From Chlorokybus atmophyticus (lineage: Eukaryota; Plantae; Mesostigma and Chlorokybus algae), in the NCBI GenBank assembly GCA_009103225.1, contig RHPI01001553.1:1-64000 (forward strand): 64,000 bases of DNA. Reading direction: 5' to 3'. Positions within the stretch are counted from its first letter, which is position 1. Each line of letters begins with the position of its first letter. The translations under genes were made by a program, and so were the position numbers. Under the pieces are notes generated by a model. The model was not told the origin of the DNA. It saw nothing but the letters and a program-made list of their open reading frames with translations, and did no database searches. Shown in pieces: positions 31,719 to 44,350 of the stretch.

Positions 31719-33965
31719 ATGACGACCGAGGCGGAGTCGGCAGACAAGGTGGGCAATGCCCCGCCGGCTGGGGAGGCGCGCACAACGCCAGAGTCGCACA
31801 ACTACACAATCACCACCTCGCCCGCTTCCAGCGCCCACATGTCTGTACCAACAGTGTCTGCTGCTGGTGGAGGGGCGGAGGAGGCAGCAGCTACCACCGC
31901 AGCGCCAGCGCTGCCTCCACACCCCATCCTCGTCGACAACAACACAGTCACCACCTCGCCCGCTGCATGCGCCCACATAGCGGGTCCAACGGCGGCTGCT
32001 GATGGAGTGGCGGGGGAGGCAGCAGGAGTTTCGGAGCGGGAAGTGCCAGGTCTTGACACCCACAACAACGAGCAGGCACCTGCGCCCGGCATGCAGCTGG
32101 CTTTGGCCCCTCAACACAACATCGACGTGACAGCCCTCGGCGGCGAGGAGGTGAGGACACTTGCATGCATGCCTGCATGCATGGAACCAACATCTGCATC
32201 ACTCAGTCTCTGGCACATGTGTGCACCTAGTCATTCCTGCCATCATGAATCTTGGTTGGAAGTACTGTTCTACCAGGTCTAAAGCAACCATGCATTCACT
32301 CTTTGCTGCCCTAAGCACAATTGACTAGGTAGATCATACTGTCACAACCACATGCACGCACCTAGCATGCCTGTCCCAAGCGCGTTCCACGAGTCTTGAT
32401 TGTTTGCTATCACTGCAGCATGCGTGAAGTTGCGTGAAGTTGCTTGAAGTTGATTGTGCTTTCACTGCAGCATGCGTGAAGTCAACATTCTTGGCTGCAC
32501 GCATTTAGGCACTCAAGTTGCATGTACATGGTGATCGAAGCGCTTGTTAACTCTGTTCCATGCAGGCATGGCACCATTTCATAAGGGCTGGACAACTCTG
32601 CCACATCCGGTTCCAAAGTCTAACGTCCGATAAGGCAAGTGTTGTTGTGAGTGGAACGAAGCTTGCATTGTGCTCGGCGTGCTCACTGGCATCACAGCTC
32701 CAGCAATCGGTTTCGTGATACACACTTGTCGTGCAATGTCCATTGCTTGCACTATCCTTGGAACTCTGCCTCCTGCCTACTTGAAAGCCCACTAACATTG
32801 TCGTTTGTAATGCACAGCAAGAGGCTGTAATGCAGTTGCGGGCGGTCACCAATGTCACTCTAGACGAACTAGAGAAGGAAGAGGCCCTACTCCAACGCCT
32901 CAAGAACCAGCGAGACAATTGCGGCGACAAACGGACCGCTGCATTGCAGCGAAGCAAAGAAGCAGCGGCAGCCCTGCCCACAGCAGCCGCCAATGCGAAG
33001 GGCAATCTCCAAACGCAGTTGTCTAATTTGACAGCTGAGCACAAGCAGCTCGACCAGGCGCACACAGTCTGGGTCAAACAAGTCCAAGAGGTAAGGATGC
33101 ATTTGTTCAGCACATGCGTTGCTGGCCATGAGTGGTTGCGTAACTCTGTGGCATGCGCAGAAAGAGGCAGTCATCGACAACATCGACGCGCAGTTGAACG
33201 TGAACGCGGACGAATTCTACCGCTTCATGGGGTACCCTCTCCCTGGTGTACCGAGTCCCGAGGTCCCTAATGTCCTTGCCGTACCGAATGCTGCTGCCAA
33301 CAACCAGGCTGCAAGAGGGGATACACGCACCACCGCAGCAAAGCACAAGCGCAAGAAGTCAGGCGCCTCGCCCTTTAAGCGCCAAAGAAGCAGAAGAAGA
33401 CAACCGCTGGTGCTCGACGCCCCACAACCGGCGTCAAGCGTGTGCCCCCCCACGCGCGCCGAGGTCGTGGGGTGCCCGAGCGCAAGGCGCATCGCTACCG
33501 CTCAGGTACCGTCGCCCTCCGCGAGATTCGCAAGTATCAGAAGTCAACAGAGCTGCTACTGGCCAAGGTTGGTGTGATGCACATTGCCGCAAAGTCTCTC
33601 GTGGTCTACCCTTTGCACTTGTGCTGACCAAACCGCATGGCGACAGCTTCCATTCTCCAGGCTGGTGCGAGAGGTCTGCAACGACGGTCATGCCACAAGG
33701 GGCAACGAGCCTTACAGGTGGACATCTGAGGCGATGCTCGCCATGCAAGAGGCTGCTGAGGCCTTCCTCGTCTCGCTGCTTGAAAAGGCGTAAGTCATGT
33801 GTGAACCCGCATGCACTCATGTATGGATGTGAAATCAACCGGTACACTCATAACAGGAATCTAGCAGCCATCCATCGCAAGCGCGTCACCCTGACCAAGG
33901 ATGACATGAAACTGGTGCGCAAGATTGATTTATCAATGGCTGACTACGCCAACTTGCACTTTTGA
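31719..33965 (+). CDS. Five-exon gene: Ala/Thr/Pro-rich and coiled-coil N-terminus fused to a CENH3-like histone H3 fold (one frame break near 33380)
   Basis: Phase-consistent exons 31719-32150, 32818-33090, 33161-33567, 33647-33789, 33857-33965. Spliced fold reads [85 protein letters not shown]. The H3 fold is secure; the link to exon 1 is less certain. Confidence 0.8.
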
Positions 33966-35629
33966 AAGCTTATCTCGCTCAGCCACCCACCCCCCAAAAA
34001 AAAAGAAAATAAGCATTTGTATACTATACATGTCAGTTTACCACTCAACATGTAGGCCATAATGTACAGTACTTCATCCGCGTTGAACTTGTACAGATAG
34101 GTATGTTCATTGGCGCTCATATATGTGTGTGTGAGGTCTTCTATACAATACCTGCCACTTTACACTGCTAACACCTCAGATGTGCAACTTAGTGGCCATC
34201 AATGACAGAGTCGCATTCAATATGTTAACTGCATTTAGTACATGGCTATCGCGTCAAATGTGCTGCTTCCTGGCACTCAACGTCGTTTTCAGCATACAGC
34301 AAGTCCACTTACGTTGACTGCCCTTTCAAGACATACGGGCCCAGTACTGTGTGTTGGATGGCAGTCATTGTTGTTGGCCAACAATGTATGGCGTGCACAT
34401 GCGGCCACTGGCTTGTGACGTTGAATGCCATGCCTAGAGTCCTACTTCAAGCAGTACACATGTCATACGGCAATCAACGCAATTATCAAGACCATGTACA
34501 TGACGTTGTCAGCCGTTGGCAGTGATCAGCGCCACAAATGGAACAAGCTGTGGCAGTCAGCGTAAGACACAACCATTCATGGCGTGCATGCAAGCCGACA
34601 CGCAAGTGATGCACACCAGCAATGGCCCATAGGTTTAGGGCCACACCTGCCGCTGAATTCAGACCATCTATGGCACCAATGCTTATACACCATGCATGGT
34701 GTTGTATCAACAACACACACATGGCTATACATTTACAGCATACATGGCATCGAGTCTTGCACCAGATGTGGTGGTGAATATGCAGCACCATATATGGTGG
34801 CAACAGGGTCCAAGCCATCAATGGCGGTAAAAATTCAGGGAACCATACATGGTGCGCTGTTTGCGCCACATCTAATGTGGCATAAATGCACAGCGTATAT
34901 GGTACAACCGACGACCAGTATGGCCTGTAACATTTATGCCACCACATATGGTGCATGCATGGCTTGAACGAGAAACGTATGCGCCTCGTGGACACTGGCC
35001 ATATATGTTGCAGTTTACCGGTGTATGGTTTGTACTGTTTCTTCGATGTGTAAGGAAGGGGTCGGCAATAAGTTGCAAGTAAGCGGATTGGCGCGGAAGC
35101 GGCGGCGTTCCTTCAAAGACTTCCGAAAGTCACTATCAGGCTAGGCGAACCGCGTGCATGCACGCTGCCTTGTGTAAGAGTTGTGCTTGCGAGAGCTGTT
35201 GCCCAAAACCTCTTTGCTGAAAATCTTCTTTGCCCCGTTGTTTTCCCGCTTGGGTGCCCTGTCTCTCTTTTGCATTGTTGCGTTAACTTCTTGGCGCTGC
35301 CACCGCCCCGTTGCTTGCGAACTGCATCCTCCCCCGCCCAACACGGTACTTTTACGGCGAAAAGCCGTTCGGCACCAGGGTTCCACGAAATCGGACCAGC
35401 CCTGGTACACTGTACGAAAGGCCGCGCCAGGAAGTCCGCGTTGACACCCTGGTCCGACAGTATCCGCGCCAAATATGGCGTGGATTGTATGGTGCGAGCG
35501 TCCGCACCAGGTTTGTAACCCTGGTGCGACCGCGCGCCAGGGCTGCGAGGCGGCGTACACAGCCGCACTTTACCGGCGCGCAGTACAGGGACGCGGCAGT
35601 AACGCGACCAAGTGTGCAACTGTTCAGTA

Positions 35630-37893
35630 CAGTCTACCCCCGTTATAAGAATCACGGTTTATCCTAAAGCTTTTCATGCCACTAACGGGGTTATTCTTTT
35701 GACGTTTAAGAGAATATATATTTTGTTAACGTTAAGAGAATATATATTCTTTTAGTGGGGGTCCCGCCAGAAAAGCGCATGAGCGTTTATAAGAATAAAT
35801 ATGCTATTAACGAAGTGTGTGCATTTCACATGTATATGATCAGTATAGTGAGTATACTGATCATATACATGTTTTACGTACATCAAGCAAATGAACACAC
35901 AATGTAACCTGGTGTTGTGTGACAGCATGCATGCTTGAAGTGTTATACAACAAGTGTTTGTGTGCATAAATGATGGCGCGCACGCATGCGTAAAATATGT
36001 AATGAATCTGCTTGAATGTGTATATGAGCATGTTGCTTTGCGTGTGTCTGCAAGAGCAAACAGCATGCATGCGCAAGGCCATCACCACCAATACAAACAT
36101 TGCACACTGCACTCGTACTTGCATGGTATGCACGCTACTCTAACTCGACTGGCTCATCGACTGTGCCACAAGTGCTACTAATGCTAGCATCATGTCCAAA
36201 AGCACCCGCAGTAAAAAAGTTATGTATGGTGGTCTGACGGCCAGCGTCAAACAGCTGATGCTTCATGACCGCGTTGCGCAGCTGCCGTAAGGTGAGCTGA
36301 TGATGCTCTGAGATGGGGCAGTCATTGGTGGCGATGAAGGCCTCCACACCATCTAAGAACCTCATGCACTCTGCCACCGTGATGCGTGGGGGTGATTCCT
36401 CCTCCTCCTCATCATCTACAACACAAGGCATTATAAGTGCCCACTCATGCACATCATATGATACACGCACATGTACTGCAATCAGATCCCTCACCGTCAG
36501 CCTCATCTGGCTCAGCGGTGGCCCCCTCAACGCCTCCGACGCTTTGAAGGATGTCATCATCGCTCTGCCCGGCTTCGGTTGGGAGGGTGTCATCGACGTG
36601 AACGAACTCAGCTGGGGAGAGCATCTCCGCACGTGGAATGGGGAGACGCTGCATGATGTCCCCGATCTCCTGTACAACAGCCTGCTCGCGTGCGTCAGTG
36701 TCGGGAGTTGGCGCGTGCCAAGCAGAGGGGGTGATGCCGCTCTTCCTCCAACAATTGGAGATGGTGATTGCGGTGAGCTCCGCGTACGCCTCGCGACATC
36801 ATATGATTGCCTCCCTCAACTGCACCTTTACCGTGCGCAAGTCGGTTGTTGGGTCGGCATCATACTGCTGCAGCAAGTACGCAACAAGCTTGCGCTTGTA
36901 CCTGCCACGACCAAAGTGAGAAAGCATTACAAGCTCTGACGAACAAGGGGGGTCTGGTGATTTCACCGATTCACCCACCCGTGTGATGCATTGAAGTCCT
37001 CTATGTTCAACTTGCTAGCAAAGTCCTTGCCCTTCTCTATCAATATCGCGTCTGTGATGGTGGCATTGCGAGCCCGAGCTTGTACAAACCATGCATACAA
37101 TGCATCCTCCAACTTGGGATGTGCTGCAAGCCGCATGCGCTTGGTACTTGCAGCGAAATTACCACCCTGAGCTAGCGTCTCAACTATCTTATCACGGCCA
37201 GTCAGCAACTTGGACAATGCACTTTGTTTGATATCCAATTTCAACTTAGATTTGACAATAGCAATGAAGTCCGCTTGCCTAATGTTGGTGTTCTCGCACA
37301 ACTCATTATACAACTCTAATATGCGCTTCTTGTCCTTGAGAGTGATGTTGCTACGCTTAGCGGGCTGTGGTGCAGACATGATGACCTACAAAACGCACAG
37401 AATGGCCTTGGTGTTCACGTGAACAATCACAACAATGCACACATACACACGCGCATGTGCACAACACACACCTTAGCACAAGCCCTCCAAAGCTTGAAGC
37501 AGCTGTTCCCACCGTCAAGGCGTCTACTGCTACCTATCTACACCTTTGCCCCCGCCGCCGCCGACCCTCGCGCCGCCGCCGCCGCCGCCGCCAACGCCGC
37601 ATGGGGATAACCAGTGCCTCTGCAACTGACGTGGCGGCTTAAGGCACAGAAGCACTTGCATGGGCACAAGGGCACAAGAGCAAGTGCTTGCTTGTGCCCT
37701 TGCGCACAGCACTGCTACCCCCGATAAGAGCATATTACCACTGGGATTTTCATGCGGTAACATTATTCTTATTACGTACAAGACTATTCCACTAAGTGAA
37801 GATATTTACCTGTAAAACCATTGGTCTTTTCATAATCTGTGATCTTAGCGGGGTTATTCCCTTACAGCGAATTCCTTTAACGGGGGTAGACTG
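35630..37893 (-). mobile_element. pogo/Tigger-type DNA transposon, internally deleted
   Basis: 16-bp TIRs CAGTCTACCCCCGTTA, TA target duplications at 35628-29 and 37894-95. Transposase N-terminus (CENP-B-like HTHs) at 37379-36965 is joined to intron and C-terminal remnants (36900-36135); the DDE core is absent. Confidence 0.88.
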
Positions 37894-39678
37894 TACCTCG
37901 TAACCGGTACCGGTCGCACCAAGTGAAGGGTGCGACTGGTTAATCGACATTCGTTAACCGGTTGCACCTGCGACCAGTTAACAAATATTGGTTAGCCAGT
38001 CGCACCTTCTGGTGCGCAGCATGTGCGACCGGCACATGCTGCGCAGCAAAAGGTGCGACCGGTCACCTTTTGCTGCGCAGTAAGATGTTAACACATAAAA
38101 TGCAACTAGTCACCGTTATAACTGCAACACGTACGCGTAGTGTCGTCGGTAGAGTGTGACGTTGGCAGCCTCCGCGCCCGCGTTCGAATTCCGCCGAGAA
38201 AGGCATCAGACGGTAATACGATCGCAATCGCCGATTTTTCTTTGAATATGGTTGATATTTAGCCATTTAACTACCATCCATAGTTAGGTTCGGTGATAAA
38301 CCACGTACACGGTACCTCGTATTACATTGCATCGGACTGCGAGGGTGCCGCGTACCCTGGCGCAGAAACGGCCAGACCAGCGGTGAAAATCGAGGAAATG
38401 CGAACCATGATTGGTTATCGCGGCTTCACGTCAGACTTTAACCCTGGTTCGCGGCTTCCACCGCCCGCTATTGCCCCCTGATGCGGACGTCCGCGCCATA
38501 CATAGTTATATAAAGTTTTCCGCGGTGTTTGCATGCCTTGCACAATCATGATCAGGGTTGTGGGCATTCACAGCTTGCTGTTGGGTGAGTGCTTGCAGCA
38601 CGTAAATCCGCTTTACTTTGTAAACTTGAACTACACATGAACACTGTGCATGACCGCTGTGTGCACGTTTACATTCATCCTTGGTCAAGGAGCTTGTTGA
38701 TTGATCACAGCCTCATACCTAGCTTAAGGGGACCACTCAGTTCGTTTTCCCTTACCAATTTCCTACCTTGCATCCACACCTATCCCCAAACGCACCACAG
38801 CATCCCTTTGCCTGGCACACGCGCACATCATACCGGGAGTGTCCCCTCCCCTGCGAGACCTATCCCGTAGTCGAGGCTTGCCTGCACGACATAGACAGCA
38901 ACCACCTACCTGCCTAGCACTGGACTCAACTCGACAGTAGCTTCACTAGTACTGTGGCTTCCGCGAAATTTACCTTTGGTCTGGCTTACGCGTCCGGTTA
39001 AGGTCACACCTTGTGAACGACGCCCACGGCCAGCATGCAGTGGGCAGGTTTGGCAAAGCATAGCTCACGCAGCTTGTGCCGCGCATGGTGCGCATCATTC
39101 AGAGTAACAAGTATGGCACTGTTAATCGCAACCATGTAACCCCCCCCCTCACTCCATGTCATGGCGAAGCAACCAGGCGGCCCTCGCGCGCAGAAACTGC
39201 CGCCCCTAGTGTTGGGCATCAACCCCAAGTGACCGCTGTTAATGTTAATGGTGGATTGCTTAACGTTAACGCTGGTTAATGATACTCATGTGCTTGAGCG
39301 TAGTTCCAGCGTACTGAACGTGTCATGCATACACCGCGCATACCGGTACTTGTAGCGTAATTTAGGGTTACTCTTCGCTTCACTAGTGTAGCTTGGACGT
39401 AACTCAAGATGTGTGGTACGTAGCCGACTATTCGTTAACTTTTGGGGTCACCTGATAACGGTGAACGTTATCCTGTGAACAGGGTAATGGTTAACGGGTT
39501 AACGGCTGCCGAACACTAGCCGCCCCTACTACAGCCAATGGGCTGATCAGGTGTGCCGCAGGCTGCGTCACCCTGGACGCTTGGTGGCCACAAACGGCAA
39601 CGGTTCCCCCAGCAGGACAGTGTGTCTACCGGGTATTAGACACTGTCTACTAGACTCTGGACAGTGTTTAGTCTGTTT
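36965..39678. repeat. 2.7-kb near-identical duplication, copy 1 (copy 2 at 49095-51805)
   Basis: Colinear with only a few substitutions and one 3-bp GCC-repeat indel. Copy 1 ends 6 bp before the N at 39684. Confidence 0.95.
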
Positions 39679-42600
39679 CAAAGNGGCCTTCGAGACTGCA
39701 CAAGCCATCCACAAGCGCTTGGTGTATGAGAAGGCAGTGCTGGACACCAACCGCAGCGCCGTATGGCCTGTAGTCAGCACGACAACTGAGCCTCCTCGCC
39801 GCGACCGTGGCCGGGACGCTCCACCAGCACGCGACAAAGGGAAACGGTCAGCTCATGCTGCACTTGCTGCCCCTGTGCTGTGTCATCGCTGTGGACGGCA
39901 TGGGCACTACCAAAAGGAGTGCACCGAAGAATACTCAACTTTGGTTTGCGACCACTGTCACAAGATTGGTCATTTGGAGTCAGTCTGCTGGCTCAAGTTC
40001 CCAGAGTTGAGGCCCGCCAACAGCTACAACCACCCTGCCAACAACTTCAGTGGCTACAACAGCAACAACACTGGGGGCCACACTGGCAACCACTTCAGTG
40101 GCTACAATGGCAACAACACTGGAGCCCACAACAGCAACAACGCTGGTGGCAGTAACAACAACAACATTGCCAGTGCTCGCAGGGAAGAGCAAGGCTACAG
40201 GGGGAAGAACAGACCTCCTCGACGTAAGGGACCAGAGACACGTCCGCGCGCTACTGCTGTTGCCGCCAAGGCTTCAGCCAACCCACCAGCTGATGACCAT
40301 ATGGCAGCCCTAATGGCACGCATGGCACGCTTGGAGGAAGACAAGGAGCAGGACTACCGCGCCTGCTACACGGCCCGATGGGCGCTGATGGCTGCAAAAC
40401 GCGAGAGAGACAGGAACACTCCGTCCCGCGTGCAACCATCACGACGAGCACGAGGGGAAGCTGCAACAACATCAGCAGGCACCTCCTCCGAAGCCACCAG
40501 TGGTGCTGCCTCCGCAGCAACAGCCACACCGGCTACAACGTCGACTCCATCAACGTCAGCATTACCCACTCCAGTTGCACCACGACCTGGTACACCGGTG
40601 GGCACCGTGACGCCGACACTGGTGAGCACACTGGCAGCAGCCGCCATCACTACCGAATCTGCACCAGTGGGCGGTGCACTTCCCACTGCAGCAGCGCCTC
40701 TGTCCGTAGGCGTTGAGACAACTCTCGCACCACTGACCGATACCATCGCAACTGCCACAATGGCCATCGTCGAGCCCGCTGTCTCTACAGCGACGCGCGC
40801 AGCCACTCTGCCCGCTCTCGACGTCATTCAGGCTGTCCCAACTGGTCAGCAAGCTGAACGAGCATGGGAAACCATCCTGCGCGGAGCAGACCCCACTACC
40901 ATCGCCTTCGGTCGGGGGGGGGAGCGCACCACGCGTGTCGCCCGCGATGATCGCGTCTTCCCGCTACCAGAGGTTCACACCCTTCCAGCACTCACTCAAC
41001 ACCAGTTAGAAGATGAGATCCTTGCTGGCACTGCACCCCCGATGCGTGACAGGGTGTTCTTGATCAGCTACAGCCCACCTGTAGTGTTGGAGTTGGCTCT
41101 GCAGCTGTTCTGGGCGTTGCACAACAACATGCAGACCGCCCCGCGCCAGCCTGCACGCATGCCAACCACCACCTTTGAACCCAGCCCGTTGGACACGTAT
41201 CGGGACCGCCGAGACGCCGTCCAGCAGCGAATCGCCGACGCAGCCGACCTGCCTTTGGGCACTGATGAAGCACTCGGACCTCCTACAACCGCTCGTCTTC
41301 ATCAGCGCTACCACGCACTGGAACAAGCATATCATTGGCGACAGGATCAAACTGCCGCCATTGCTGCACGTGAACAAGCTCTTGAAGCTACACGTGCACC
41401 AATACCTCAGTCACCCACTGCTAGTCCATCCTCCAGCACCACTCCGCTCTTCGTCGGGACCAACTCTGACCAAGCGAGGGCGTTGGCTCAACAAACCAGG
41501 GGGGTGATCGCCCCGCTGCTGCCTGCGCTGGTGGAGGATCTACCTGAGGACCAAAGGGAGCCAGGAAGGGGCTACCTTACACCACAAGGGTGTACACAAA
41601 GAGATGGAGCAGGACTGGTTGGAGAGCAACAACTACGCACTGCTCTGTTGCGACAAGCAACCATGCTGCATCGGCAAGAAGGCATCGGACTGCGGCAGAT
41701 GCTTGGGATGCGAGACAGTGGCAACGCGGCACGCGCACGGTTAGTGACGTGGCTGGTTACCAACCATCCCGCAGTCCCGTTGTTCGCTTTCGGCGCCAGG
41801 ATAGCGTGGGTGGACGCATTCCTTCGCTCCATACGGCAAGCCTATGACGAAGTGGCTTCCGCCGCCACTGACACTCTGGAGGGAGCTCTGGAGGCGATAC
41901 TGAGTTTGCCAGGGGTGGAGGCAGGACGTCAGCGCAGGCGCATCGCCACTGCTTACGAGCAGCATGTCCAACAGCCAGAGACCCGGCTCACTGTACGCAC
42001 ACGAGCAATAACAGTGCTGGAAGTGGGAGTGGTCAACGGCAGATGGGATGCTTACATGGCAGGGATCCTCAGGGTGCCCACCATCACCCACGACATGAGA
42101 GCGCGGCTCCTACGCGCAGTGTACCTGCAGCCCATGCCTCAGAACCATCGCTATATAGATGCGGACAACAATGCGACGGCGACATGGGAAGGTACACTAG
42201 TCAGAGAGGCAGCCCATGCTGTGCGATGGACCTATGCAGAGGAGCAGGCTGCCCGAGAGGCAGTCCCGCAAACACCAGGTCCTCCAGGGTTCCCGCCACA
42301 GCCACTGGCCACTCCTCCTGGCATGACAACAGCTGCATAGAGGGTCAACCCTCCTGCACCTCCACTTGGACAGGTGGCAGCAGCACCTCCAGTGCCTAGG
42401 CCACCACGCGTGTACCAGCAACCGCGACAAGGACGGTTTGGACAAAGCCGAGGACAAGGAGGCCCACAAGATCCATCAGGCAGAGGAGCCCTGGCTGCCC
42501 TACGGTCAGGCCCCGCAGATGAGAATAAAGCAACAGTCTCTCCACGCAAGAGGTTCCGTCGCTTCAAGAGGCTGCGCATCAACGCCAATGCAGCCATGAT

Positions 42601-43369
42601 CGCCAACCAAGGCAAGCACGTGACCGTCAATGGGCGGGCACCCAAACGCGTGATGCTGGACACTGGAGCACAGCCTGTCATCATTGGGCGCTACCTCGCA
42701 CGAGATCTCGGCATCACCAGCGCTGAGCTGCTTCCCTGTCCCTATCAGCTGGACACCGCAACCGGCAACCGTGACAAGGTACTCGGCCTTACCAAGCAGG
42801 CTGTGAGCATCCGCCTCACCGGACTAAACCCTTCCCACAGCACCGAGATTGTACAAAGGTGTGTGGTCACCGATGCCGGGTCCTTTGACCTACTGTTGGG
42901 ACAGGACTGCAACTTCCCTGTTGGCATGGGGCTGGACTGCTGGACTGAGCAGGCATGGTTTCGACCACATTGGGATGAGGACGATGGAGAGGAGCAGGGA
43001 TTCCTACCTCTCGAACTGGTGGTCAAGGACCGCTCGCAGTGAAGATCGGCTGCAGCAGCCACCTACAGTCTTACAAAAAGCTCACGTGTGCCTCGTGCCC
43101 GAACGCAGCCAAGGACAACTGCAACGAGCTCGAGCCCGAGCCTAAACGCTGAAGAGGACTCCCCTACACCGTACGATGAGTCTCAGGAGACTGTCACCAA
43201 AGAAGTGGCCTTTCAGGAGCCATCCGAGCGTCGCTGGAGCGCACAAGTAGCAGCACACATGCTGCTGACCAGGCCTCAGCTCACTGCACACTTTCCTGCC
43301 TACAAAGACCAGGCTACAGTGCAGGAGCAGTACCACATAGCTACGGGAGTTGTGGAGTTCCACATGGTC

Positions 43370-44350
43370 CGCCGACAACAAGGCATCACCGTGCTGGAGC
43401 TGTTCGGAGGCATAGGCAGTGGGCTTGCGGCTGTCCTCAACACAGGAACAACAGTCACCAAGTACCTCTACTGTGACCTGACCCTCATGCACAGGAGGCT
43501 CTGAGCCATCATTTACGACAGCTGCACCAGCGTTACCCGCAGCAGCTACCGCTGTCGGCACTGCAAGGGAGCCAGAAGGCTCTACCGCAGGACATCCGCT
43601 GGATTACCAAGGATCACCTGCAGGCAGTCGGCAACATTGACCTGCTGATAGCAGGGTGGGAGTGTCAAGGGCACTCCAGCGCAGGCAGGGGCCAAGGGCT
43701 CTCGGATCCTCGCTCACAGCTGTTCTGGGAGCTAATGAGAGTCATCAAACTCCTACAGATCAGTCAGATCGCTAGGCCCTTGGGGTACATCATCGAAAAT
43801 GTGCACTCCGAGGATGACAAGCGGCATCACGTCGCCAAGGCCTATCGGCAAGTATGCTCCTTGCTGGGGCATCCTCAAAATCAACACCGCTCGTCATGGA
43901 TCTCGTGCACACCGCGTCCGCGCCAAGTGGACCAACCTGGCCATTGTGGAAAACCTGTTTCTGGCAGAGTACCTATACAGCAATCGGCCACGAAATCTCG
44001 TCGTCGATGACATCCTGGACCCTGGACGCACAGCGCAACCAGTCACACGCCTTGACCACCACCACTTCTACCAGTGCAACCAGCCTGGTCAGCCGCGCCG
44101 CGCGCTACCCACACTAGTATCCTATCCAGGCTCCTACGCGTTCCGCAATGCAGGCGACGGCATGGTGTTGGACTCCAACACTGGACGGCTGGAGGAACCC
44201 AATGCCCGCGAGCGCGAGCGTGCTATGAGATTCTTTCCAAGCAGCATCACAGGCTCCACGCTGACAACCAGTCAACAATGTCAGTTGTTGGGGCGCGCCA
44301 TGGATCAGAACAGCATGGTGTGGTACTTGGAAATGTGCTTTGCTCTCCAG
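43370..44350 (+). pseudogene. C5 cytosine DNA methyltransferase domain (Dnmt3-like) in Gypsy B pol
   Basis: VLELFGGIG (43391), AGWECQGHS with Cys at 43663-43665, IIENV (43795), RAHRVRAKWTN, LLGRAMD (44286). One stop (43502) and two frameshifts. Confidence 0.92.
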
